From assembly GCA_045576075.1 (NCBI GenBank), contig JAZNFQ010000008.1, positions 62,283 to 126,282 on the forward strand: 64,000 bases of DNA. Direction: 5' to 3'. How positions within the stretch are numbered: the first letter of the stretch is position 1; each line of letters begins with the position of its first letter. Of the stretch, positions 28,743 through 39,392 are shown piece by piece. Both the position numbers and the translations under genes were made by a program. The notes below the pieces were generated by a model. The model did not search any database. It had not been told where the DNA came from and worked only from the letters and a program-made list of their open reading frames with translations. The DNA is from Clostridia bacterium (lineage in GTDB: Bacteria; Bacillota; Clostridia; Monoglobales; Monoglobaceae).

Positions 28743-30104
28743 GTGGCATTTGAGAGTCTTTCGGATAAACTTCAGAGCACCTTTAAAAAGCTTCGCGGTA
28801 AGGGAAAGGTCAGCGAAAAGGACTTAAAGGATGCGATGCGCGAAGTTAAACTGGCACTTTTAGAAGCAGATGTTAACTTCAAGGTCGTAAAAGATTTTGT
28901 AAAACGCGTAACAGAGCGTGCCTCGGGCGCAGAGGTTATGGAATCGCTTACCCCGGCGCAGCAGGTTATAAAAATTGTAAATGATGAACTTGTCGCTCTT
29001 ATGGGCGGGAGTGAGGCAAAGCTTGAAATATCGTCAAAGCCGCCGACTGTAATTATGATGGCGGGACTTCAGGGTGCGGGTAAAACCACAACTGCGGCAA
29101 AGCTTGGCGGAATTTTGAAAAAGCAAGGTAAACGTCCCCTTTTGTGTGCGTGTGACGTATATCGTCCCGCGGCTGTAAAACAGCTTCAGGTGGTCGGCGA
29201 AAAGCTTGAACTTCCTGTTTTTGCAGTAGAGGGCAGTACAGATGCGGTAGGAATTGCAAAACAAGGACTCGCGCATGCCCGCATACATTCTAATGACGTT
29301 TTAATCATTGATACAGCGGGAAGACTCCATATTGATGAAACCCTGATGAATGAGCTGAAGGAAATTTCTGCCGAGGTAGAGCCAACCGAGATTTTGCTTG
29401 TTGTAGATGCTATGACAGGTCAGGATGCGGTAAATGTTGCAGAGGCATTTAATAATGACCTTGAAATAAGCGGTGTTGTTCTGACGAAGCTTGACGGTGA
29501 TACAAGAGGCGGTGCGGCTCTTTCTGTAAGGGCTGTCACAAACAAGCCGATTAAGTTCTGCGGTATGGGAGAAAAGCTTACGGATTTAGAGGTTTTCCAT
29601 CCCGACAGAATGGCGTCGAGAATACTTGGTATGGGTGATATGCTCAGCCTTATTGAAAAGGCAGAGCAAGCCCTTGATATGAAAAAGGCAGAAGAGCTTG
29701 AGAAAAAGCTTAGAACCCAGAGATTTAATTTCTCCGACTTTCTTGACCAAATGGGGCAGATGAAGAATATGGGTTCTATGCAGGATATACTTGCTATGCT
29801 TCCTGGCGTAAACGCCGGTGCCCTTAAAGATCTCAAGATAGACGAAAAAAGAATGGCTCATATTGAGGCGATTATCCAGTCTATGACGCCGAGAGAGAGA
29901 GAACTTACAGATAAGCTGACCCCGTCGCGCAAAGAGAGAATTGCAAAAGGCAGCGGTACAACTGTTACAGAGGTAAATGCCCTTGTCAAGCAATTTGAGC
30001 AGATGCAAAAAATGATGAAGCAGCTCTCGGGCGGAATGATGGGCAAGAAGGGAAAACGCAGAGGCGGCCTCTTTGGCAAAATGGGCGGTTTTCCGGGCTT
30101 GTAA
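28743..30104 (+). CDS. ffh: signal recognition particle protein
   Basis: 453 aa. GTPase motifs GLQGAGKTTT, DTAGR and TKLDGD, plus a Met-rich M domain. GTG start. Confidence 0.95.
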   Translation: MAFESLSDKLQSTFKKLRGKGKVSEKDLKDAMREVKLALLEADVNFKVVKDFVKRVTERASGAEVMESLTPAQQVIKIVNDELVALMGGSEAKLEISSKPPTVIMMAGLQGAGKTTTAAKLGGILKKQGKRPLLCACDVYRPAAVKQLQVVGEKLELPVFAVEGSTDAVGIAKQGLAHARIHSNDVLIIDTAGRLHIDETLMNELKEISAEVEPTEILLVVDAMTGQDAVNVAEAFNNDLEISGVVLTKLDGDTRGGAALSVRAVTNKPIKFCGMGEKLTDLEVFHPDRMASRILGMGDMLSLIEKAEQALDMKKAEELEKKLRTQRFNFSDFLDQMGQMKNMGSMQDILAMLPGVNAGALKDLKIDEKRMAHIEAIIQSMTPRERELTDKLTPSRKERIAKGSGTTVTEVNALVKQFEQMQKMMKQLSGGMMGKKGKRRGGLFGKMGGFPGL

Positions 30105-30156
30105 AGATAATTTTGAAAAATAATTAAAACATATATATTTTTGGAGGTAATTTAAA

Positions 30157-30399
30157 ATGGCAGTAAAAATTCGTTTAAAGAGAATGGGCGCAAAGCGTGC
30201 ACCTTTCTATCGTGTGGTTGTTGCGGATTCAAGATATCCGCGTGACGGCAGATTTATCGAGCAGGTTGGAACCTACAACCCGATGACAGACCCTGCAACA
30301 ACAGAGTTTGATGCAGAAAAGGTTCAGAAGTGGATTGGAAACGGTGCTCAGCCTACTGATACAGTTAAGCGTCTTCTTAAAGAAAAGGGCATTATCTAA
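30157..30399 (+). CDS. rpsP: 30S ribosomal protein S16
   Basis: [26 protein letters not shown]. Confidence 0.95.
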   Translation: MAVKIRLKRMGAKRAPFYRVVVADSRYPRDGRFIEQVGTYNPMTDPATTEFDAEKVQKWIGNGAQPTDTVKRLLKEKGII

Positions 30400-30428
30400 G
30401 CTTCGCAGTAATCGAAAGGAATTTTAGA

Positions 30429-30656
30429 ATGAAAGAGCTTTTGGAATTTATTGCAAAATCAATGGTAAACAATCCCGATGCAGTTGAGGTTACATTGAAT
30501 GAAAAAGAAACCGCAACTGTTCTTCAGCTTCACGTAGCGGAAGAGGATATGGGAAAGGTTATCGGAAAGCAGGGCAGAATTGCCAAGGCAATCCGAACTG
30601 TTATGAAGGCAGCTGCCAGCAATGAAAACAAAAAAATCGTTGTTGATATTGTGTAA
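30429..30656 (+). CDS. ylqC: KH-domain RNA-binding protein (UPF0109)
   Basis: 75 aa with GKVIGKQGRIAKAIR. Lies between rpsP and rimM. Confidence 0.85.
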   Translation: MKELLEFIAKSMVNNPDAVEVTLNEKETATVLQLHVAEEDMGKVIGKQGRIAKAIRTVMKAAASNENKKIVVDIV

Positions 30657-30733
30657 ATGCAAGAATGGAGGGAGGCGGTATATCGCCTCCCTTATGTCTT
30701 ATTTAACCAATATTTTGGTTAGGAGGATTTATT

Positions 30734-31240
30734 ATGGATAATATGCTTGAAATAGGACAGGTTGTAAATACCCATGGCGTGCGGGGAGAACTTAAAATTA
30801 TGCCATGGTGTGATGACCCCGCAATTTATGATGAGCTTGAATATTTTTACATCGACGGCAGGAAATATGATATAAAAAGGACGCGACTTCATAAAAACTG
30901 TGAGATAGTTGCCGTTGAGGGTATTGATAATATAAATGATGCAGAACTTTTAAAGAACAAGATAGTAACTGTTGAAAGAGAGGCACTTGGCGAGTTGCCC
31001 GAAGGGACATATTATATTGCGGATTTACTAGGACTTGAGGTCAAAACGGTTGAAGGAAGAGTTCTTGGAAAAATTTTTGACGTTATACGTACGGGCAGTA
31101 ATGATGTTTACCACATAAAAGCAGAAGGCAAAAAGGATGTATTAATCCCTGTAATACAAGAGGTTGTAAAAGAGGTTAATATAAAAGACGGGTATGTTAC
31201 AGTAGCCCTTATGAAGGGATTGGTTGATGATGAGGTTTGA
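30734..31240 (+). CDS. rimM: 16S rRNA processing protein RimM
   Basis: 168 aa with IGQVVNTHGVRGELKI and a PRC-barrel C-terminus. Confidence 0.9.
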   Translation: MDNMLEIGQVVNTHGVRGELKIMPWCDDPAIYDELEYFYIDGRKYDIKRTRLHKNCEIVAVEGIDNINDAELLKNKIVTVEREALGELPEGTYYIADLLGLEVKTVEGRVLGKIFDVIRTGSNDVYHIKAEGKKDVLIPVIQEVVKEVNIKDGYVTVALMKGLVDDEV

Positions 31241-31964
31241 TATTTTAACGCTGTTCCCCGAAATGATAGAAGCGGTTCTCGGTGACAGCATAATCGGACG
31301 CGCACGCGCCAAGGGGTTGATTGAAATAAACCTTGTGCAGATACGCGATTTTGCTAACAATAAGCACAAGCAGGTGGACGATTATCCTTATGGCGGCGGG
31401 ACGGGTATGGTTATGCAGGCACAGCCTATTTTTGACGCATACAAAAGTATATGTAAGGATTTGGATTACAAGCCATACACAATCTATTTGTCACCGCAGG
31501 GCAAAACCTTCAGACAGGGGACGGCAAAAAAGCTTTCTAAAAAATCGCATATAATACTTTTGTGCGGGCATTACGAAGGTGTGGACCAGAGAGTGCTTGA
31601 CGAGATTATAGACGCTGAAATTTCAATGGGTGATTTTGTCCTGACGGGCGGGGAAATTGCTGCAATGGCGGTAGTTGATGCGACTGCAAGGCTTGTTCCC
31701 GGTGTGCTTAAAGGGGAAGAGTCGTATTCTGAAGAATCGCACTACAGTGGGCTTTTGGAATATCCGCAATATACCAGACCTGAAGTTTGGAACGGGAAAA
31801 AGGTTCCAGATATTCTCCTTAGCGGACATCATAAAAATATATGCGAGTGGAAGAGAGAAATGTCGATAAAGACAACATTTCAAAAAAGACGCGGAATGCT
31901 ATCAAAGGCAAGCTTGACCGAAAAAGAGAGAAAGCTTGTAGAGGACTTAAAGAATTTAGAATAA
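31230..31964 (+). CDS. trmD: tRNA (guanine37-N1)-methyltransferase
   Basis: MRFDILTLFPEM.. and GHYEGVDQRV. Overlaps the rimM end. The TTG/ATG alternatives at 31224/31227 cannot be excluded. Confidence 0.95.
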   Translation: MRFDILTLFPEMIEAVLGDSIIGRARAKGLIEINLVQIRDFANNKHKQVDDYPYGGGTGMVMQAQPIFDAYKSICKDLDYKPYTIYLSPQGKTFRQGTAKKLSKKSHIILLCGHYEGVDQRVLDEIIDAEISMGDFVLTGGEIAAMAVVDATARLVPGVLKGEESYSEESHYSGLLEYPQYTRPEVWNGKKVPDILLSGHHKNICEWKREMSIKTTFQKRRGMLSKASLTEKERKLVEDLKNLE

Positions 31965-32001
31965 AATTTTTCAGAAAAATTAAAAAGTTTTTGAAATATG
32001 G

Positions 32002-32030
32002 TTGTATTTAATGTTGAAGTATGGTAAAAT
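32002..32030 (+). promoter_or_regulatory. predicted sigma-A promoter for the zinc-ribbon membrane protein gene
   Basis: TTGTAT, 17-nt spacer, TGgTAAAAT. Confidence 0.45.
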
Positions 32031-32093
32031 AAAGTAGATTATGATATTATGCAATTCTTGTATCGGATTGCAAGGGAGAAAGGCGTGAGATTG

Positions 32094-34223
32094 ATGAAAT
32101 GTCCAAAGTGCGGTGTAAATTTACTTGAACATGTAGAGGTATGCCCGTTTTGTAAAACACCGATTTCAAGGGATGCCGCAGAGAATGCTGAAGGACGTCA
32201 GCATACAGGGAGATTTGCGGCGGTTGACCCGACTCGTGACAGCTATGATTTTGATTTGCAATATACATTGACCTTCAGAGATTCAGGGGAGATAAAGCAG
32301 GCTATTGCTGATATGGACGCAGGCTTGTCTGCGGGTGCATCAGGCGATAACTTAAATGGCAGTAAGAAAAAAGCGGATGGCCCAAGATATACTCTTGAAG
32401 AAATGCAGGAGGCCGCTTTGCGTGCGCAAGAGAGAAGAGAGCGCCGCAGCAGTGGCTCCGGCAACAGAAAAAAGAGAGTTACAACAACTGAAAAGAACAA
32501 GGCGTCAGCATTGCGCTCTGCCAGACCCAAGGTGCGCGTAAGCCGTACATCAGGCAAGCCGAATTCAAAGGGATTGCTTCTTGGAGCAGGCGTTTTGATT
32601 ATAGTTGTAGCCCTGATAATTGGTATTGTTAATGTTTGTGCATTCTTCGCACACAGGGACCCTGAGTATCCTACTGTATACACAAAGGACAATGCCCTGT
32701 ATTCATACTATGACGGAAAAGAGGAGCTTTTAACCTCGAACTTTATCACAATGTATGAAACCGCAGATAACGAGGGCAGTTCTTCTGCAAGTGCAGACCC
32801 CAAGATTGTGACGAAAAAAGCTCTTACAGAGAAGGATATGCTCAACGTTTCGCAAAGCGGTGCGGTGACATATTTCTTTGAAAATGTAAATATGAACACC
32901 CGTGCGGGAAACCTTGTCTATTATGAAAATGGCAACAAGAAGAGCCGCACAGTTCTTGCACAGAATGTCTATTATGACATAGAACTCGGTAATGACGGAA
33001 TGTCGGTAATGTATATCAAAAATGCGGACAAGGACGGCGCGCACGGAGAATTGTGTTACTGGAAACCCGGAATGAAAGAGGCAGTCAGCGTTGAGCCTGA
33101 TATAACAGCTGGAAACTTTAAGTTCTCTCAGGATTGCACGAGCGTGACATATATAAAGAACTTTAATCCTGATGTGCATACAGGTGATTTGTGCTATCTT
33201 AGCCTTTTAAATGGAGCTGAACCGAGCAAGCGCGTTGATGAAAAGGTTGCGTTTGTATTTGGTACAACCCCTAAGAGCAAGATATATTTCTATGCAAAGA
33301 ACTATGATAAGAAGAAGGGGACCTATGACCTCTATGTTCAGAGTGATGCAGAGGGACCTAAAATGATTGCAGAAAAGGGCTTGCTTGCCCCTGTTATTTC
33401 GCAAAAGACGGAAACTGCGTTTGTATACAGCAACTACAATAAAAATTTCCAGACACTTAGTTGTGTTGATTTGGCAACGGGCACGAACATAAAGCTTGCA
33501 GATGAAATGACTGAGATAATTAAAGTTAGAATAGATGACGGTGCGGTGATTTATTCAAAGGCATACGAAACCGAGAAGGCAGATTACTATTTTGTAAATG
33601 CCAAGTCACCTAATCCGCAGACAGTTGCTACTGCTATCAACTTGACGGCGGCAAAGAAGGCGGGTATTGTTTCGTTTGATGCAAGTGATGATTTCTCCAA
33701 GATTGCTTATATCGGCGGATTTGATACCTCTACGAACAGAGGCGCGCTTTACACTATGTCTATAATAAACGACTATGCGGGTTCAGAGATGAGAATTTCT
33801 GACGATGCATATTCATGCGATGTATCAGCAGATGGTGCGGTTATAAGATTTGCAACAAGCCATAATGCGGAGAATAATACTGTAAACCTTGTTTCATATT
33901 CTAACTCAAATACCTTGGGCCTTGCAGACGGTGTTGCAGTCGGCGCGTTTACATTTGATAAGATGGGTGAATATGCAATATATGCAAAAGAGGTTGACAA
34001 GGAAGAGTCTGTGGGAAGAATACAGTCTGTAAACCAAAAGGGTAGGATAAAAGAACTCTCTGAAGGTGTGAGCGCATATGGCCTTAAAAAAGACGGAACG
34101 GTTCTTCTTCTCAAAAAATCGGGCGAGGGCAACTCTCAAATCACATCCTTGTGCAAGGGTAGTCTAAAGGGCGGCAAGGTCAAGTCGTTTGCAGACGGTG
34201 TTTCAAAGGTGATTTCCTATTAA
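32094..34223 (+). CDS. zinc-ribbon / single-TM / large extracytoplasmic-domain protein of unknown function
   Basis: MKCPKCG..CPFC zinc ribbon, then a basic low-complexity linker, a TM segment (LLLGAGVLIIVVALIIGIVNVCAFF) and a ~500-aa Tyr/Asp/Gly-rich repetitive domain that looks like a beta-propeller. Confidence 0.55.
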   Translation: MKCPKCGVNLLEHVEVCPFCKTPISRDAAENAEGRQHTGRFAAVDPTRDSYDFDLQYTLTFRDSGEIKQAIADMDAGLSAGASGDNLNGSKKKADGPRYTLEEMQEAALRAQERRERRSSGSGNRKKRVTTTEKNKASALRSARPKVRVSRTSGKPNSKGLLLGAGVLIIVVALIIGIVNVCAFFAHRDPEYPTVYTKDNALYSYYDGKEELLTSNFITMYETADNEGSSSASADPKIVTKKALTEKDMLNVSQSGAVTYFFENVNMNTRAGNLVYYENGNKKSRTVLAQNVYYDIELGNDGMSVMYIKNADKDGAHGELCYWKPGMKEAVSVEPDITAGNFKFSQDCTSVTYIKNFNPDVHTGDLCYLSLLNGAEPSKRVDEKVAFVFGTTPKSKIYFYAKNYDKKKGTYDLYVQSDAEGPKMIAEKGLLAPVISQKTETAFVYSNYNKNFQTLSCVDLATGTNIKLADEMTEIIKVRIDDGAVIYSKAYETEKADYYFVNAKSPNPQTVATAINLTAAKKAGIVSFDASDDFSKIAYIGGFDTSTNRGALYTMSIINDYAGSEMRISDDAYSCDVSADGAVIRFATSHNAENNTVNLVSYSNSNTLGLADGVAVGAFTFDKMGEYAIYAKEVDKEESVGRIQSVNQKGRIKELSEGVSAYGLKKDGTVLLLKKSGEGNSQITSLCKGSLKGGKVKSFADGVSKVISY

Positions 34224-34236
34224 TGTGTTTTGTAAT

Positions 34237-34851
34237 ATGACAGATAACAAAAGAAAAATCGGGATAATGGGCGGGAACTTCAACCCGCCCCATCTCGCGC
34301 ATTTGACGGCTGCTGAATGTGCTGTACGCGAGCTTGGACTTGATAGAGTTATTTTTTTGCCGACAGGGAGAATTTCGTATAAGGACAGCCGCGAAAATGC
34401 GTCAGCAAACGACAGGCTTGAGATGACCCGACTTGCGATTTCGCAAAATCCAATGTTTGATATTTCAGATATTGAGTCTGTTAGCGAGGAATACAGCTAT
34501 ACCTGCTTTACACTCGAGAAACTTAAAGAGTTATATAAAGATGCAGAGCTGTATTTCATTGTGGGAGCGGACTCTCTTGATTATATGGATAGATGGAAGC
34601 ATCCGCAGAGAATATTTGAGCTCTCGTCTGTTGCTGTTGTTGACAGACAGGGGTTTGGCACCGAGAGATGCTTAAAAAAGGCGGAGGAGCTCAAGGCTAA
34701 ATTCGGAGCGGACATTCATTTTGTAAAAATGCCAAGGATTGATATTTCCTCATCAGTGATACGCGAGCGGATTGCAAGCGGACAACCTGTAGAGGGGATG
34801 CTGACAGATACAGTTTTGGATTATATTCGTGAAAACAATCTTTATCTTTAA
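34237..34851 (+). CDS. nadD: nicotinate-nucleotide adenylyltransferase
   Basis: GIMGGNFNPPHLAHL and ISSSVIRE. Confidence 0.9.
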   Translation: MTDNKRKIGIMGGNFNPPHLAHLTAAECAVRELGLDRVIFLPTGRISYKDSRENASANDRLEMTRLAISQNPMFDISDIESVSEEYSYTCFTLEKLKELYKDAELYFIVGADSLDYMDRWKHPQRIFELSSVAVVDRQGFGTERCLKKAEELKAKFGADIHFVKMPRIDISSSVIRERIASGQPVEGMLTDTVLDYIRENNLYL

Positions 34852-34878
34852 ATATGGTTTTTAGGGGGCGGTGGCATT

Positions 34879-35457
34879 ATGATTGAAATTCAGAAAATGA
34901 AGTCATATCTTGAAGAGAGATTAAGCCCTAAGAGATATAAACATTCTCTTGGTGTTGCCGATGAGGCAGTTTGCCTTGCGAAAAGGTATGGTGCAGACGA
35001 GGATAAGGCATACCTTGCGGGTCTTGTGCACGACTCGGCAAAAGAGATAGGTCCAGATACTGCGATAGAATTGCTGGAGAATAAGTATGGCGAAAAGGTT
35101 GAGGCAGTTGCACGCTGTGCACCGAAACTTTTGCATGGACCATTGGGTGCCCATATTGCAAAAAGTGAATTTGGGATTTGTGATGCCGAGATTTTAGATG
35201 CTGTAAGGTATCATACAACAGCAAAAGCGGATATGGATATGCTGACCAAAATTATATATATAGCAGACTATATTGAGCCAAATCGCAGTTTTGACGGTGT
35301 TGATGAATTGCGAAAGGCTGCATATGAGGATATAGATAAATCGATAATTACGGGAATTGATTACACCCTCGCAGAACTTTTGGAGGCGGGACGTGTTTTT
35401 CATCCCGATACTGTATATGCAAGGAACTATTTAATACTTCAAAGTCAAGGGCAATGA
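34879..35457 (+). CDS. yqeK: HD-domain protein YqeK (bis(5'-nucleosyl)-tetraphosphatase type)
   Basis: 192 aa with RYKHSLGV...LVHD. Conserved pairing with nadD. Confidence 0.85.
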   Translation: MIEIQKMKSYLEERLSPKRYKHSLGVADEAVCLAKRYGADEDKAYLAGLVHDSAKEIGPDTAIELLENKYGEKVEAVARCAPKLLHGPLGAHIAKSEFGICDAEILDAVRYHTTAKADMDMLTKIIYIADYIEPNRSFDGVDELRKAAYEDIDKSIITGIDYTLAELLEAGRVFHPDTVYARNYLILQSQGQ

Positions 35458-35492
35458 TTTTGCCGACGCATAGCGGCGGATTGGAGATTATT

Positions 35493-36407
35493 ATGAGAGA
35501 AATAGAAGAAAGACAGCCACAGCAAAGGATGCCGCACAGAAGAATGAAGCATCCTGGGCGGTTTGTTGTTTTTTTGATAACATCCTTTATTTGCATATGG
35601 ATGATTATAAATTTCATAATTGCACTTGCAACGGGGCAGAGATTTAGTATGCTCGGCTGTAGCAGCCAGCCTGTGCGAAATGTTATAGTTGCAGGCGTTG
35701 ACGAGGGCGGATACAGAACCGACCTGCTTATGCTGTGCCAGATAGACAGGCGCTCGGGTGAGCTTAATGTTCTGCAAATTCCGCGCGACACAAAGGTTCA
35801 AAATCGCAGGAATGATAAAAAGATAAATTCGGCGTATTATTCGGGCTATGAGTGTTTGCGTAATGAGGTAGAACAAGTCACAGGGCTTGTTGCCGATGAT
35901 TATATTATGCTTGGTTTTGACGGTTTTACAGATGTAATCGATGCTCTTGGTGGGGTTAGGATAGATGTCCCGATACGTATGTATTATACGGATCCTGTAC
36001 AAGACCTTACTATTGATTTAGAGGCAGGAAAACAAAGACTTGATGGTAAAGAGGCTCAAATGTTTATGCGGTTTCGGCAAAATAATGACGGCACAGGATA
36101 TGTAAATGGTGATGTTGACAGAATAGAGGCTCAAAAGACACTCTATACCGCGGCGGCTAAAAAACTTATTTCACCTGTTGGATGGCTCAGGGCGCCCGCT
36201 GTTTTTTCGGCACTGAAGCGAAATTGCGAAACAAATATGGGCGGCGGAGAGCTTCTGGGCGTAATGAGGGATATTGCGGCAACTATCGGAAATGCCGAAT
36301 TTCATTCTCTCCCCGGGGGCGGGAGATACATCGGCGGCGGCTCATACTTTGTCTATGATGCACGGGCGACCGAGGCGCTGATTGCAGAAAATTTTGTGGT
36401 GGAATAA
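35493..36407 (+). CDS. LytR-CpsA-Psr (LCP) family cell-envelope phosphotransferase
   Basis: A TM anchor followed by the LCP core (RTDLLMLCQIDRRSGELNVLQIPRDT). GGAG RBS before the ATG at 35493. Confidence 0.8.
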   Translation: MREIEERQPQQRMPHRRMKHPGRFVVFLITSFICIWMIINFIIALATGQRFSMLGCSSQPVRNVIVAGVDEGGYRTDLLMLCQIDRRSGELNVLQIPRDTKVQNRRNDKKINSAYYSGYECLRNEVEQVTGLVADDYIMLGFDGFTDVIDALGGVRIDVPIRMYYTDPVQDLTIDLEAGKQRLDGKEAQMFMRFRQNNDGTGYVNGDVDRIEAQKTLYTAAAKKLISPVGWLRAPAVFSALKRNCETNMGGGELLGVMRDIAATIGNAEFHSLPGGGRYIGGGSYFVYDARATEALIAENFVVE

Positions 36408-36460
36408 TATTAGATATATTTCAGAGATAAAAACAGTATAATTTTGAAAGGAAAGATTAA

Positions 36461-36817
36461 ATGGCTTCTGAAAATATTTTTGTAAATAAAATTGTTAAGC
36501 TTTTAGACAGCAAACTTGCAGAGGATATCAGCGTTTTAAATGTCAGCTCGCTTACAACACTTGCGGACTATTTTATAATCGCGACAGGTAAAAATGATAA
36601 ACAGACCCGCGCAATATGCGACCATCTTGAAGATGAACTTAAAAAAGAAGATATAGCTCCTGTCAACAAAGAGGGCTACAGAACGGGTGATTGGATATTG
36701 ATTGGGTATAACGAGGTTGTCGTTCATATTTTTCAGCCTGAGGCAAGAGATTTTTATAATCTGGAGCATGTGTGGCAGGATGCCATAAATGTAGATATAA
36801 AAGATATTATTGATTAA
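36461..36817 (+). CDS. rsfS: ribosome silencing factor
   Basis: 118 aa with the ADYFIIATGKNDKQTRAI and DWILIGYNEVVVHIF pattern. Confidence 0.9.
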   Translation: MASENIFVNKIVKLLDSKLAEDISVLNVSSLTTLADYFIIATGKNDKQTRAICDHLEDELKKEDIAPVNKEGYRTGDWILIGYNEVVVHIFQPEARDFYNLEHVWQDAINVDIKDIID

Positions 36818-36842
36818 CCGAATATACAGGGGGTAAACTTAA

Positions 36843-39314
36843 GTGAAGTACGATTTTGATTTGATTGAAAAGAAATGGCAAAAAATATGGGAGGAAACAG
36901 GCGCATTTTCTATAGATGAAAATACCGATAAGCCGAAGTATTACGCGCTTGAAATGTTCCCGTATCCGTCAGGAAACTTGCATATGGGACACGTGCGCAA
37001 TTATTCTATCGGTGATGTTGTTGCCAGATATAAGAAGATGCGTGGCTTTAATGTTCTGCATCCTATGGGGTGGGATTCGTTTGGCTTGCCAGCTGAAAAT
37101 GCGGCTATTAAAAATGGAACTCCTCCTGCTGACTGGACTTGGTCAAATATAGATAATATGCGTGAGCAGCTCAAACGTCTTGGTTTTAGCTATGATTGGG
37201 ACAGAGAGGTTGCGACAGCCAAGCCCGACTATTACAAGTTTACCCAATGGATGTTCCTGCAGCTCTATAAAAACGGACTTGCATACAAGAAGAAATCATA
37301 CGTAAACTGGTGTCCGTCTTGCCAGACTGTTCTTGCAAATGAGCAGGTTGTTAACGGAAAGTGTGACCGTTGTAAGAGCGAGGTCGGCAAAAAGGATTTG
37401 GAGCAGTGGTTCTTTAAAATCACTGATTATGCACAAAGACTTCTTGACGATATAGATAAGCTTGACGGCTGGCCTGATAAGGTTAAGTCAATGCAGACAA
37501 ACTGGATTGGCAGAAGTGAGGGTGCAGAGCTTCAGTTTAAAATAAAAGACAGCGATAAAACATTGACGGTTTATACTACCCGTCCTGATACAATCTATGG
37601 CGTATCATATATGGTAATTGCGCCTGAGCATCCGATAGTAGAGGAACTTATCGCGGGTACATCATATGAGGATGATTGCCGCGCATTTATAAAAAAGGTT
37701 CAGGGTCAGAGTGAGATTGTACGCTCTTCAACAGATACAGAAAAGGAAGGCACATTTACGGGAGTATATGTTATAAATCCGTTCAATGGAGAGGAAATCC
37801 CGCTCTATCTTGCAAATTACGTATTCCTTGATTATGGTACAGGTATCGTAATGGGTGTGCCTGCACACGACCAGCGCGACTTTGATTTTGCAAAGAAATA
37901 TAATTTGCCTATTCGCATTGTTGTTCAGCCCGAGGGTCAAGACCTTAAATCAGAGGAGATAACCGAGGCTTTTGCAGCCGAGGGTATAATGGAAAACTCG
38001 GGTCAGTTCAGCGGTATGAAGAATAAGGATGCTCTTTCTGCAATGATTAAGTTTGCAGAGGATAACGGCTTTGGTGAGAAAAAGGTTAACTTCCGTCTGC
38101 GCGACTGGTTGATTTCGCGTCAGCGTTATTGGGGTGCACCTATACCCATGGTATACTGCGAGAAGTGCGGCACAGTTGAAATCCCCGAGAGCGAGCTTCC
38201 CGTTATGCTTCCTGAAAACGTTAAGTTTACGGGTCAGGGTAAATCTCCGCTTAGTGAGTGTGAGGACTTTGTAAATACTACCTGCCCGAAGTGCGGGGGA
38301 CCTGCTAAACGCGAAACAGATACAATGGATACATTTGTTTGCTCGTCCTGGTATTTTATGAGATACTGCGACCCGCATAACACAGAACTTCCTTTCTCGA
38401 AGGATAAGACGGATTACTGGATGAATGTTGATCAGTATATCGGCGGAGTTGAGCATGCAATACTTCACCTGCTCTATGCAAGATTTTTCACAAAGGCGCT
38501 CTATGATTTTGGATATATCGGCAGTGAGGAGCCTTTTGCAAACCTGCTTACACAGGGTATGGTACTTAAAGACGGCGCAAAGATGTCAAAGTCTGTAGGA
38601 AATGTAGTAAGCCCTGATGAAATTATTGCGAAATACGGCGCAGATACCGCGAGATTGTTTATTCTCTTTGCAGCACCGCCTGAGCGTGACCTTGACTGGA
38701 ATGATACTGCAGTCGAAGGTGCATACAGATTTTTAAACAGAGTATGGCGTGCAGTCGAAGATTTGAAGGATTATATGACTGCAGAGGCAATTGATGCAGC
38801 GGCACTGACAGAGGCTGAAAAGAAGCTTCGCCTCTCTGTAAATGCAAGTGTTAAAAAGGTTACAGAAGATTGCGACAGATTTAGTTTTAATACTGCAATC
38901 AGCTCTGTAATGGAGATGGTAAATGCTCTTTATAATTACAAGGAGAATACCCCCAAGGAAAATTATAACGGAGTGGTTATCACAGAGGCAATTGATAATC
39001 TTATACTCTTGCTTTATCCGTTTGTTCCGCATATTACATCAGAACTTTGGGAAATGTCAAGCCACAACAGTGATATTTCTGTTCACGACTGGCCGGCAGC
39101 AGATGCATCGGCATTGGTTGTGAATGAAATAGAGGTCGTTGTTCAAATAAACGGAAAAATACGCGATAAGGTCGTAATTTCACCCGATGCAACCCAGGAT
39201 GAGATGCAGGAAATTGCTCTTTCGAATGAAAAAATCAAGGCATTGATTGAGGGTAAGCAGGTTGTAAAAGTAATCGCTATTCCTAAAAAACTCATCAATA
39301 TTGTTGTAAAATAA
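36843..39314 (+). CDS. leuS: leucine--tRNA ligase
   Basis: 823 aa with HMGHVRNY and [11 protein letters not shown] start only 25 nt after rsfS. Confidence 0.95.
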   Translation: MKYDFDLIEKKWQKIWEETGAFSIDENTDKPKYYALEMFPYPSGNLHMGHVRNYSIGDVVARYKKMRGFNVLHPMGWDSFGLPAENAAIKNGTPPADWTWSNIDNMREQLKRLGFSYDWDREVATAKPDYYKFTQWMFLQLYKNGLAYKKKSYVNWCPSCQTVLANEQVVNGKCDRCKSEVGKKDLEQWFFKITDYAQRLLDDIDKLDGWPDKVKSMQTNWIGRSEGAELQFKIKDSDKTLTVYTTRPDTIYGVSYMVIAPEHPIVEELIAGTSYEDDCRAFIKKVQGQSEIVRSSTDTEKEGTFTGVYVINPFNGEEIPLYLANYVFLDYGTGIVMGVPAHDQRDFDFAKKYNLPIRIVVQPEGQDLKSEEITEAFAAEGIMENSGQFSGMKNKDALSAMIKFAEDNGFGEKKVNFRLRDWLISRQRYWGAPIPMVYCEKCGTVEIPESELPVMLPENVKFTGQGKSPLSECEDFVNTTCPKCGGPAKRETDTMDTFVCSSWYFMRYCDPHNTELPFSKDKTDYWMNVDQYIGGVEHAILHLLYARFFTKALYDFGYIGSEEPFANLLTQGMVLKDGAKMSKSVGNVVSPDEIIAKYGADTARLFILFAAPPERDLDWNDTAVEGAYRFLNRVWRAVEDLKDYMTAEAIDAAALTEAEKKLRLSVNASVKKVTEDCDRFSFNTAISSVMEMVNALYNYKENTPKENYNGVVITEAIDNLILLLYPFVPHITSELWEMSSHNSDISVHDWPAADASALVVNEIEVVVQINGKIRDKVVISPDATQDEMQEIALSNEKIKALIEGKQVVKVIAIPKKLINIVVK

Positions 39315-39392
39315 AAAGTATTTAGCCGCCATAGGTTGCCTTAAACTTACGGCGGCTTTAAAACAGGCATAAACGAAGGGTATGATATTGTT

